Assembly: GCA_002633005.1 (NCBI GenBank)
Contig: NMRA01000080.1
Span: 525,291-589,290, forward strand
DNA length: 64,000 bases
Origin: Phoronis australis
Taxonomy: Eukaryota > Animalia > Phoronida
Direction of reading: 5' to 3'
Made by a program: the position numbers and the translations under genes. Of this stretch, positions 50,401-62,105 are shown piece after piece (position 1 is the stretch's first letter; every line of letters starts with the position of its first letter). The notes beneath the pieces were generated by a model that searched no databases, was not told where the DNA came from, and saw only the letters and a list, made by a program, of their open reading frames with translations.

Positions 50401-51305
50401 ATATTACCAAAAGACGGAGAACAAAAGTACATTGACAACTGGTTGGTCGCGAAAAGCAGTCACGAAAGAAATAAATCAAATTTCGATTTGTGGGACATTC
50501 ACTGTTTGGCTATTAAATATATGAACATTATACCCAATGAGTCACAAATAATTCAGGATGCCATTTGTTTAGCAAAACATCGGATTGAACAGAACGCAGC
50601 TGCAATGAAACGACGTTTTGCCGCTTCTGTGTCTACTTTATTACGAACAAAACATGAACGTCGTTTTAGTGAATTACAATAATCCGACAGGGTGATAACA
50701 ACGATTGTATTTATTGTATATCTTGTATTTGTTGTTGTCAAAGAAGCGTCGATACTACTCGATGGTGTCACAATGCCTACCGCCTGTAAAAACGATATTA
50801 TTTTAATAACCATCTATCTATTTGTGCATGTTCGCAGCAAATTGTCTTTTAAGTAAAGGGTATTAAACACTACACTAGCTTCTGCGGGTTTGAGCTTTCT
50901 CAGAGCTCTAGCACTTGGCAAGCCACGCTCTTGTATTGGCGCACGACGTAACAGCTGACTGATATTCATAACGAAAACGAAGAGGATATTAAATAGATGA
51001 ATACATAACATACATTTATCTACAATTAAATATGATGCTAGATAAGCATTTAATTAAAAAATACGCGCCAATATTGAGAGTGCAGTTCGCTAAGGAGAAG
51101 GATTGAGAACTAACAATAGTTTGTGGTATCAGGAAATAAAACACGTGACCGTTTACTGTCGCGCTCTCATTTTCATAAAAAGGTGTTGTTGTACTTTTGA
51201 GGGCTATATACAGCTTACACTGGTGTATACGCTATTTTGTGATACCAGACGATTGACGGTCATTTTTAAAATGTTTATTCGCCTGAAAATCGATTTCAAA
51301 AGTAC

Positions 51306-51466
51306 CAGTGACGGATTTAGAGGGGGGCCAAGGGGGCCATGCCCCCCCCCCTAAAATTCTCCCAGATTCCATTTGGCAGTTCGAGAGTGCGAATGTTTGA
51401 CGGGCAAAATTCTGGCTAATACTCTGCCCTGGCCCGCCTTAAAACAAAATCCTGGATCCGCCCCTG
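51306..51466. mobile_element. MITE-like family A (reversed)
   Basis: cagtgacggatttag ... tcctggatccgcccctg. Confidence 0.8.
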
Positions 51467-52139
51467 AGTAAAACCCACTCATTACCCCATTTGCTTTATT
51501 TTTGTAAAAAAATCAAGACAAGTGGGAAGGAAAAAATAAGTGTTATAAGTCTTGACAACAAACGCGACAACTGGTATTCCCGCACTCAAATTTACTTAGG
51601 AATATTATCCTAAATCTGCTTTAAAATCTGATAAATCAGCGATAAGTTTATCCTCGAAAGGTACCGCTTAAACCCTTTGGTAATCGTACTAGTATACACA
51701 GGCTAGGATGTGAAATCCGTAGCCGTGTGATTATAATTAATTACTGTTTACCGGAGCATTAGTTTTTATTACACTGTTGAGATTTTGGCGTAAAAGCATT
51801 AGCAAATAATGAGCGACCTAATCTAGTCTAAATACGCGCACCTGTGGCGCAAAGTCTCCGAGCATGACGATTCCAAGTAAAATGTGTTTTGAAACGAATA
51901 TTTTTTATTCAGAGGATTATAACAATTTGTAATTTGTTCTGATTCATTTCAAAAGCCAATCTGAAGTGTAATTAAACCGAAGAAAGACCTCATTAGACAC
52001 GTGTCCAATCGTAGATTTATTCCCTGCCGTTTTGACACCAACACTTCACGATTTTTGGAGATAATGATTGCGTGGATATCTCTCATCCCGCACTAGCCGC
52101 AACATGCTTTTTACGACAAGTAATTGTTAAATCAGATAG

Positions 52140-52595
52140 CGCAATATCGTAGTATAATCCTGTAGGTTATCTCCAATTTCAACTGAATGTTGAAATCGAT
52201 GCCACATGACAATAAACAAAATGGCATATTTTTGTTTAGCGTCCAAAGGAAACTCAGCTTTACAGCGAGATTATTCATTTCAAGATCATTGTTGGATGGG
52301 ATAGAATTTTTGTTTTCGGTTTTGACTAGAGCTATAAAACAACAAAATCCGCTGGTTTTTATGATTTTTATTGCAAATGACCAATTCTCGCCGATGTCTG
52401 CAAGACATTCGCTGAAATCAAGGCCGGGTACTTTACCGGTTAAATACATGTACATTTAAAATACTCAGTCAGTTATCGATTGCCCTTTAACTCTTTGGTT
52501 AAGAGTTTTGTTGCGAATGTCAATTTTCCTGGTTCGTATTCGCGCTCTGGTTGATTTCAGTAAGTTACTTTTCTCGCCAACAATGTCCCTTTAGA
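52140..52595. repeat. Dispersed repeat family C
   Basis: Shared core with ~16130, ~54910, ~55382; ends ttttctcgccaacaatgtcccttta, similar to ttttctcgtcaataacgtctccttaa at ~55119-55144. Confidence 0.6.
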
Positions 52596-53112
52596 CTTAA
52601 AACTAATGACACATTTGACAAAGAGAACCCAAGACTATACGGAGCCCTGCTTCTAATTAGAGTCAAAATAACGTTAACATAGATTAATTACAACGTCAAT
52701 GACTTATGCACGAGTGGTGACCTTACTAATACCTTGGTGAGAATCGACATCTTTAGGCTGTGCTCGGTACATAAACTGACCCGTGGTCAAGCCATATCAT
52801 TGAGCATTGTTTTAGCAATAACGAACCGTCAGTCCTTCAGAAATCATTTATAATCAGACCAAGGAATAATTTTAGACACATTTGTTTCATAATGTGAATT
52901 GGTACGTTTCATGACAGAAGGCGGGTTCTTAACAACTTCCAATATAACACACTATTCAGAACTTCATGTACACAATAAAATGAGCGTATCTTGATTCTTG
53001 CAACTTGAGCAAGAAAAGTACTATAATTTACAAATTTACAAAGACTCAACCGTTTTCTAATCGTCTTTTTGTGTCATTGCTTCGCGGAGTGTTCTTCATG
53101 GATCAAACGTAA

Positions 53113-53365
53113 CATGAGTGCACCCGGGGGGCTCGGGGGGCTCAAACGAGCCCCACTATTTGGTCAAGTGGACGAAAAGAACAGCCTCAGAGAAACAAAA
53201 ACTCCGAAAACATTTAGAAAACGAGACAAATGTCCATTAAAAGACAGGAAATACCAAGATTCGGCAAATGCACAATTCATAGCTCGGAACCTACCCCGTG
53301 AATCTTAGTGAAAGCTACTCATTCTCAAAAATTCGATCCCATTTTGTGTGCTGGGTTCGCGCATG
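53113..53365. mobile_element. MITE-like family B (reversed)
   Basis: catgagtgcacccgg / ctgggttcgcgcatg termini; reverse-complement similarity to 8914-9149. Confidence 0.65.
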
Positions 53366-54779
53366 CGTAAACTAATAAAATAATTGCTTGAAGAAAATGA
53401 ACCCGCGTAATACAAGAAACTTTGTAACTCGCCTGACAACGCTTCTCTAATAATGCCATTCAAGGCCGTGAAAAGGGAGAGTGTATCCCTTACAAATCTT
53501 CCAAATCCTGGTATAAAATGAAATGTATTCGCTGTCTTCTACTATCTAATCGTTTTAATCTACAAGAAATCCGGTTGTTAAGTTTCTTCATGAGCAGCCA
53601 TCTTGATGTTTGAGATAACTTTGTTTTGTTGAAATCTTAAACATAATCATCTAATGAATACGAATTAATTACATGAAAATACTTTTTTTATATATATTGG
53701 ATAGTTTGAACGTCGATTTTAATTTATTTACACGCTTTTGAATAGATTGTAATTGGATTTTTCACGCCTAGTCGACTAATTCCAGCCCGCCCTGATGGTC
53801 GATAAACCTTATACTGGTAGACTAATCGACAGCGATACACTTCGCAGCGCAACGCAGATGCGGGGTTACAATAGAAATCAGATAAAGAAATGCAATTTTT
53901 ACACCGTTGGCTGAAAGATTTCTATAAATGATGTTTAATTCAGATGGCACTGAGATAACGCAACTGTTCGAATCAGCCGCTTAGAAATTTACTCCGCACC
54001 CTTTTCCCAATAAATAGCGAATATTTTAATGCATGACCTCCTGGTTATTTATAAAGTTTCACAGAAATCACGTTTATTTGGCCATTTTGGAATGAAAATC
54101 GAATCTATTAAAAGGGTATTTTTACTCGGTCAAAACAACAATTGGTCCGCAAACAAACATCTTAGTCCAAACACACGAACTCGCCTTGATAAAAGAAAGT
54201 TGGACTGTAAAAATACCCGCGTCTCTTATCATCATCAGTTTCTAGTTTTATTGTCGGAACTTTCCGTCCGTGAATACATAAAGCATTTTTTTTCACAATT
54301 ATCTGTAGGCATTAACCATGCTGGCCTTTTGAAAAATTCAGCCACGCGTAGTCTTGTGTTGCATTTATATTGTAATACTTTTCTTTTGTTAAAGATACCG
54401 TTTCCGTTTCTTTTCAGTTACCGCAAACAAACCAACTTTAAATTCTAACTAAATGATGTTTTTTACGCACGTAATAATTTTCTTTGAAAATAACCAGAAT
54501 TAAATACTGAATTTTCAAAATACTGTTTTAATTTCTGCTGGCGGAGCAACAAAATGGCCACTACAATTGAAAGACTCGCATTAATCTCACTTTTATGAAT
54601 CGCCAGTTAATTGCAGGACTGTAACTTAGTTATGTCTCTCAATAGATGAAACCTTTTCTGTGCTCTAAACTGGTAGAAATACAGAAAATGTTTCTTTAAT
54701 GCTGAAATTGAGTTCAGGAAAATCAAACAAGAGCACCGAAAATATCTACGCGGAGAGTACATGTACGCTGCACAAGTAA

Positions 54780-55470
54780 CTGGCCTTTGCAAACATTAGG
54801 GACGTTACCGGGTTTTACGAATACAAAAGCACTTTTTGGGATCACTCTCTTGAAGCTAGCTTTGACAAGAACTGTAAAACAACAAAATAAGATGTTTTTT
54901 TGATTGTACTGCAAATTGTCAATTCTCGTCATTGTTTTTCAGACATTCGCTGAAATTAAGTCCAGTGACTTTACTTACCAATAAGATGCGCCTAAAATAC
55001 TCTTACTACCATTTAGCTAGTGCGACTTAGCTACATGTAGCTCAATAGACAGTTAGACTGTAACGACCCACGCGGTTGCAAGATCGTTTCCGCGCTGAGG
55101 CTGTTCACACAAAATCACTTTTCTCGTCAATAACGTCTCCTTAAAAGTGCAGTTCCTATACATTTAGCTGCCAAAGAAACGGCAAACAAATAAAGCCATT
55201 TCAGTTAAGAAGTAAGCACTTTTTGGCACTCCTTGAAACGTCTCTTACTCTTCTGACATTATAGGTTTTATTGCCGAAAAATATATTTTAGGATTATTGT
55301 TGGGCGTGATAGATTTGTTGAAGTTATTCAGTTTGACGAGAGTTATAAAAAGTAAAATCTGTCGCGTTTTGGTGATTTTATTACAAATGGCCAATTCCCG
55401 TCGTGGCCTGACAGCCATTTGCTAAAATCAAGACCTGTGACTTTGCCCGTTAAATACGTTAAACTTTGAA
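54780..55470. repeat. Dispersed repeat family C, two adjacent degenerate copies
   Basis: Cores at ~54910-54975 and ~55382-55460. Confidence 0.55.
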
Positions 55471-56361
55471 ATACACTGGAATCTATCGAGGGGGTTAGTT
55501 CCGACATCAGACCGTTAGGCTGCCACCGGATTAAATGACGCCCTCCAGTGCACATGAGCGAATGTTGACAAAGTGTGAAACTCCTGGGACAATATATGTA
55601 CAGGGGATCATGGGGATGTGCCTCTGATACGAGTGCATTTTAAATTTTGTATACTTCTTGGTCACGTTTTCACCATTTTCATATAAATTAGCCATGTCAC
55701 TTCAGAATAAGTGGCTACAAAACTAGAATGGGATATCAGTATTTATGATTGGTAAAAATTTCAGTCTGATTATACCCTGCACGGTATGAATACTGACGTG
55801 ATTTTAAAAAGTCAATAAATCCAGTGATCTCGGCTACCAACCAAAAATCAAGGAAATACTCTGGACAACAGTCTCGATAGCAGCTTGCCCAATGACAAGA
55901 GGGAAGGGCACATCTTAGTACTCTCAAAATTTTTACAGGGTGATAGGTAGGAATATGGTCGTGTTTTGAGTAAACTTTCAAGCATAGACATGAGGCTCAG
56001 TTATACAGTAGCTCCTGATACAAATACAGGTATCATTTCTCATCTTTGGTCAGGTATGAATGTCTTCCCAGATTTGGATATTCAGCGCCACCTACACCCC
56101 TACACCATAAAAAGGTAGCTACACACAGTGTACTTGGGTATTTTTCAATTGCATTATTGGGATAAAGGAAAATGGGTTTAATCCGTGAACACACGGTTGC
56201 ATGGCTTCGTTGACAATGTCTGTATGAACAAAAGTACACTTTAAAACCAAAACATGGTGCCGGTACGGATGTAAACTTCCAGTTCTCACTCCTTGCAAAT
56301 GGTTTGGGTACGACATAACGTTTTTGTGGTTTCGAGATTATGTTCAACCACAAAGTCTTAC

Positions 56362-56773
56362 CTCCGTACTCCAAGACCCTGGGCATGAACATTCCAGCAC
56401 GTGCCAACCATTCTATGTGTGCGTTCTGCGCCGCTTGTGCCAGCTTCAGAGTTTGTTCAGCGGGACTGTGAAATGCGCTGCCGGCAAGAGCTTGTTGAAG
56501 TGTCTGCTGTGAACCCGCGAAGGGGTACATCGGGTGTCCATGAAGAAAAGGGTTTAGCATTCCGCCTGGCTGCAGAGGGCCCATGCGAGGGATTATGCTG
56601 CCTGGAGAGTCGGGCTCGGGACTCCCTGTCGGTGAGGAGTGATGAGAGTCCGGAGAACTCGATTGGGGCGACACTGGCGGTGACACCGGCTTTGCGACAG
56701 TTTTTGTGTGATTTTTCTCCTCCTTTTCCCGGCCCAAAAGCGCGTCTATGCTGAACGATTTTCTACCCTCCAT
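56362..56773 (-). CDS. Mnx: Mnx homeobox protein, exon 1
   Basis: ATG 56773; eh1 motif FSIDALL; HIEWLARAGMFMPRV resembles the conserved Mnx pre-homeodomain motif; donor gag/gtaaga phase 1 matches exon 2. Spliced product 264 aa. Confidence 0.93.
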
Positions 56774-56919
56774 CAAGACTTTTCAAAATAAGACTGCTCA
56801 GAAAAATTTAAACTTAATTTCACTATATATGCTCAGTCAGTATCAGGCGTCCATGGAAATGCCCAGGCGCAGTGTGCAAATGTTCCTGGTCTCGCACGTT
56901 TTGTTTGCCTTGAAAGAAG

Positions 56920-56980
56920 TCACTAAATAAGTGGGATGATTTTCTGCTGCGGGTTTGCAAGCTTTCCTCTGATTGGTCAG
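56920..56980 (-). promoter_or_regulatory. Putative Mnx core promoter
   Basis: CCAAT box (plus-strand gattgg 56971-56976) and TATA-like TATTTA (~56924-56929) on the - strand 150-200 nt upstream of the ATG. Confidence 0.4.
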
Positions 56981-59900
56981 CGTTGCTTCAGCCTATCGGA
57001 GGATGCCTTCTAAATATGGATATAATGAAAAGTTGATTTGGAACTGTCGTTTTAATTATATGTTGACAGTCTGATACTATGAATATAAGTGATAACGTTT
57101 CTGGGTAGATATCACGAACTCCAGTCTAGAGCTTGTTATCCAAGACTGATAAATACGCGAGTATTTTGATTCGCACTTAAAGTAATTAGATTAAAATTTC
57201 GTAACACGTATAACGGCCCGGCTTATAACATCGCGGGTCTAAAGCTTGGTTTGGAAACGTCCACGCGCCATAAAAAGACTGCTACAATTCTGCTAATAGG
57301 AATAAACGATTTTAGTAGCAATGAAATATATTCAAGGCAAACCGAATGGTTCGAATATTTAGAAACAAGTTTTGCCACTCTTCCAGCAGTTCCATGCTAC
57401 CGTGTTGAATAAACATTTAATTTTAACTAATTTCGTTTTAGTCACCTTTCCCAAGTGCTGGACACAGGTTATTGGTGTAATCGCAGTGATTTTCGAGTGT
57501 CTGTAAGGGGAAGCGTTAATCTTCGTTACGTGTTTTATCTGTTACTTGGATAAAAAGAGCTCTGATTAATGGAGTTGGCAACACACCGGCCGATAAGTCA
57601 CAGATAATGAGAGATCAGAAACTCATCAGACGACAATTACACGTTGCAGTTCAAACTGAAACTGATAAAAAGTATAAAATATTTACAGATACTTCGTGAC
57701 CTATTGGTCAGGTCTTAGAAATATGTAATATTTCCGAAAATGTAATTTAAGAATCGGTTGTCATAATGTGAGTAATCATCACAAGCGCTCGGCTAATTGA
57801 ACGAGCAAGCTCCAGATATTAGTGGACTCGTTTTAAACAGAAACTTTTGTATGAACTAATCTGGCATCAAAGGATCACTGAAAGCCTAAATTTTCTATAC
57901 ACTCTGTTTTTGCAGCTCATTTTGTTTGAACGATACGACACTTTTCTTCATGTAGCGAGCCCATCTGGTATTCCAGGTGATTCGGGGGGGGGGGGGGGGG
58001 GGGGGNCGACCGCCTACTCGGTCACTTTTACATGACTGTAATTGAGTAATTGAGGACTCTCAAATACTATGTTTGTCTGTTTTCAAACCTCCTCGGAGAA
58101 ATTTATGGATTTGTTTTTCCACTGCAACCAACAACTTAAGTCAAATCATTGAGTCTCGTTGTTTTCGTCGTACATTTCCATGGACGAAAAAAAGGACTAG
58201 TAGCAGTCGTTTAACTTTAGAATTTCATCCCGTTCTCGCTTTTAATGTTTTGCAAGAAAACGAGCTAAAATTGCATTATAAGTTTACTTTCGTGATCATT
58301 AGACTAAGAAAGTATTATAATTTCTCTGCCCATTCGTCTTTAGAGCGCTAAGCTAATACTATAGTCTAAATGAAACCCAGCCATTATAGTTACGGGTACT
58401 ATACCGTCCAGTAAGCAGGTGCATTCGGCCCACGTGACCTATCGCTACTTGCAATCGGTTGGGTTATTTTTATCGGCCCGCGCGGGTCGTATAATGTCAT
58501 TTTAAATAGTTGACAAAAGATCAAATAAAGTCGTAAAAGATTTTCAGTCGGAAATATTGCTAAGTTTCCGTTATAGTTGGTATTAGTAAATGCCAATCTC
58601 CGATAAGCGCTATATAATAAATTACACAACTCCGGCTTGAGTAGTTCAAGTTATTCCATGTTGACAAGCCTGCGGAAAGGCCGCACACAAACCGCCACTT
58701 TTCCGTCGTGCTTTTCCTAACCCACATTTTCAGGCTTAACCACTCGTCGCTTATAAGTTTTATAGCTGGGTTTTAGATCAGGGTTGCGTTCCGCAGACGC
58801 AAGAATCTCGAGAAAAAGCATGTGGTCACGCAAGATTGCACAAAATCAGCCCGTCTAGTTACAGGCAAATCAATGTTCACCGAATATGCTCTGGAGCTTA
58901 CCAACGTAACCTAGAAAAATGGTGGTCACTGAGTAGCTTGGAAAGTGAGGTTGGGATGTTAAATTATGGGATAGAAACTTCACAGTTTTCGGTTAACAAG
59001 TGAAAATTTCTCGACGTAAGTGCAGCGCATGTGCCTGGGATCCACGGGACGCAGTCCTGTTATTTCGCAGTATTATGCCCGGAAATAGCTACTACAGCCC
59101 CTTTGTAGACGGTGAACATAACCGGCCTGTGAATGCGATATCATGCGCCACGACCCAATAGTCTACTTCTTAAAAACTTGTATCGTATGGGCGGCGCACC
59201 ATATGAGGCTTGGGAGCTCCCACTTTTTTCAGTGTTGCGCCGCCCATGATCTAAAAGCTAAAATTTCCACGTTTCGCCATCCTCATTGCCATCTACTGTC
59301 ACACCTTCACTTCCGCAGCCATTGTTAGCGTCACCGTCACAATCCTCGTTACTGGTCTTCATCCGTTACCACCATCAAGGAGAACATGTAAATGATTTTC
59401 TTGATACGTGCCACTGGAATGCCGTTAGTTACTTGAATGTATATTTTATCTTAATTTTGATATGGGCATTGGACTTTTTTTTCAGCTGCACTAGGATCCA
59501 GAATAATTATGTTGTATCCTAGAGCTTCAGTAAGATACTTAGACATTCTATCACCTTCACGGGCATATGCTTGGTATTTTGGCGTAAATATGGGTCACAA
59601 ATTCCAAAGCCAAGCGCCCTTACATGGACTGTAGCCCGTCCCACGGGCACCTTGGTTATAGCACACACCTGTTGTGTGCTTCTCCCAGATTTCAGCACAC
59701 AAGACTTTGGTATCCGGCGTTACTATTACGTCAAATCTTATCTTTCGTTTTTATGCTACTGTTCAAAGCGTCGAAAAGTTTATTATCATAATTTACATAT
59801 AATGGCCAAACAATCTATCATGGTCGTTTTATGGTACGGCAATAAAACAAGATAATAAACAAATTATTATGCCACTTGAACGCCGTCAAGTCGAGTCGAC

Positions 59901-61622
59901 CGTCTCACCTGTTTATTTATCGATTGTACGACGGAGTAAATCTGTTCTACATACAATAAACATAAACCCTTTTCCCCTTCCCTTCGGTAACTGATTTTTC
60001 ATGGTAGTCTGACGTTGGTGACATCTATCGGCCGCCATCTGCATTAGTTTTGGTGGCACCTGTTCAGCTGGTATCTTCTTAATTCTCGTGTGCCTTGCGA
60101 CGTGCAGTTCAGAATACATGGCCGTCTACTAATTTGAATCAATACTGCAACAATTAGACGTCGGTATCAAAACGTTACATGTAAGCATAGACATTTAAAG
60201 TTGCTGGACCAGAGTGCGGCGAATAAGACAGCTTTAAAAAATTCAAAGCCAGACGAATTTTTGTATGTTATGCATTGAGACAAATCATGATTTTTGATTC
60301 GGGCACAAAAACCCTTAAAGCTGCGAGTGCATACTACTAAAAATATTCGTAGAAATTTTAACCCAGCGGTTTCTTCATAAAAGCCGAAAACATAGGCAAT
60401 CAAATGCCAATGACCTCAGAGTGTTTGTGTAAAAAATCAAAACTTCGCGAACCAATTCCAAATAATTTGAAATCACTAAAAATTGTGAAAGAGTTAGACT
60501 ACAAAAGGACACAATCGATTTTCCGGTTGAAGAAACATTTTGAGTGTTATTATGGGTAGGGTCCAGACTTCAAGGTGTCAACAGTGGATATATCTTAAAC
60601 GACTCAAGTCTGTGTTGTTTTTGTAATTTTATTACAGATCCTTGATTCTTAACGAAGGCTGCCAGTCAATGCTTTCTGAGACGGCAGCATCAGCAGCCTG
60701 CGTGTTAATGGCCGATGGATTCATCTGGATGTTTGTACATGTATAACTGTACTGAATTTCTTTGTATCTTTTTTGCAGTTATCGTTGCCGGTTACATGTT
60801 TATGTTCTTTACAACAGACTAAACTAAACTAAACTAAACTATTGTGATGAACAAAGTCGGCCTGAAAAAAGCCGAAAGCTAACCGTCCAAATGTTTGTGA
60901 GAAAAGGAGGTGTAAAGACGAAGCACATTGGAGGAGTAACTTCTGTAGAATGAGCATTTGGGTACGAAGTCGAGCGCTGGACTGTCGTGCGAGGTGAGTT
61001 GACCACTGTGCCGAGATTTTAGTGTAGACAGCAGGGTGGGTTTGCCTTCATCTCCAGCTTTACAGCGTGACGGCTATGCTTACTTTGATTCTAAGTGTAA
61101 ATCTATAGAATTTCCTTTTTGGAAAGCTCATTTCCAGTCTTCCACTAAAGAACGGATTGAAATCCCACGCTGATTCTCAAAAGTTTTCGAATGATCCCAA
61201 CCAGTCGGCGACACAGAAATTCGCTTTCCTAAATGAGCAAATCTTCTGAATATACAACTGCAAACCTATGAAGTTGGGGGAGGGTGGGGTGATCGAACTG
61301 TTGACTTGTTGTCAGAGATAAAATTCTAGCAGTTCTGTTCAGCTTTGTGCTTCATTGTCGTCGATTTTGTCGCTTGAAGTAAATGACCATGAGAATTTGG
61401 TTACGAATGTTTGATTGGTTACTTTTGGAACTACGTAAAAACTATTGTGGAACCGAAAGTCTTCGAAACGTCGCAGACTTCCTATTCCGCCATTATTAAT
61501 TTTTTAGCTCTAACAATGACGTCGAAGGAAGCTTCAATGGGTAAATTGACGATTTCTTCAAATAATTAAGAAAGGAGTTTGACTAGGTTTATTTTCATGC
61601 CAAATTAGCTGCCGTCCTTTGA

Positions 61623-62105
61623 TCAAATTGTGTACATTTTACAGCCAAGATAAGAGCGTGGCTTGAAAAGCCTTCTCTGCAGCATGTGGTCGTCCACTAG
61701 TCCCTTGTACGATGGTCTTCTGTGGTCGTCTGAGTGCAGGCGCACCAACGGGTGAACTTTCCCTAGGAACTCCTCGTGTAGAGGCGCACGTGGTATCTTC
61801 GGGATATGAATACTATAATGGGCGCCGCGAGCATAGTTACCGAGCTTAGCAGCGTCAAAGTCAAACCTGGGGACTGCGTATTCTGTATTTGCATGATCAG
61901 GCCAGAGCTTTTTTTCTTTCAACTTGTGTCTTCCACGAAGCAGTCGTTGAGTAGGAATTCGTAGCCATTCGCTTACTCTACTGTTGTTGCTTGTTTTGCC
62001 AAGTTCCGAGCTGTCATAGTTGCTTATAAGGCAGCTGGATCGTTCGTTTATTTTTGAAATACTGGCCATTCTTGACAAACCATCTGACGATTGAACAAGG
62101 GTCAT
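61623..62105 (-). CDS. Hypothetical 160-aa protein (orphan ORF or pseudogene)
   Basis: ATG-initiated ORF, long for this AT-rich background; no recognisable domain. Confidence 0.35.
   Translation of the reverse strand: MTLVQSSDGLSRMASISKINERSSCLISNYDSSELGKTSNNSRVSEWLRIPTQRLLRGRHKLKEKKLWPDHANTEYAVPRFDFDAAKLGNYARGAHYSIHIPKIPRAPLHEEFLGKVHPLVRLHSDDHRRPSYKGLVDDHMLQRRLFKPRSYLGCKMYTI

Noticed and set aside
56033-56361. C-terminal part of the 247-aa ORF
   Set aside because: Read-through past the strong donor gag/gtaaga at 56361; real frame continues in exon 42201.
57984-58006. Long G-run (and C-run at ~42826-42840) as G-quadruplex element
   Set aside because: Each contains an N, so length and context are unreliable assembly joins.
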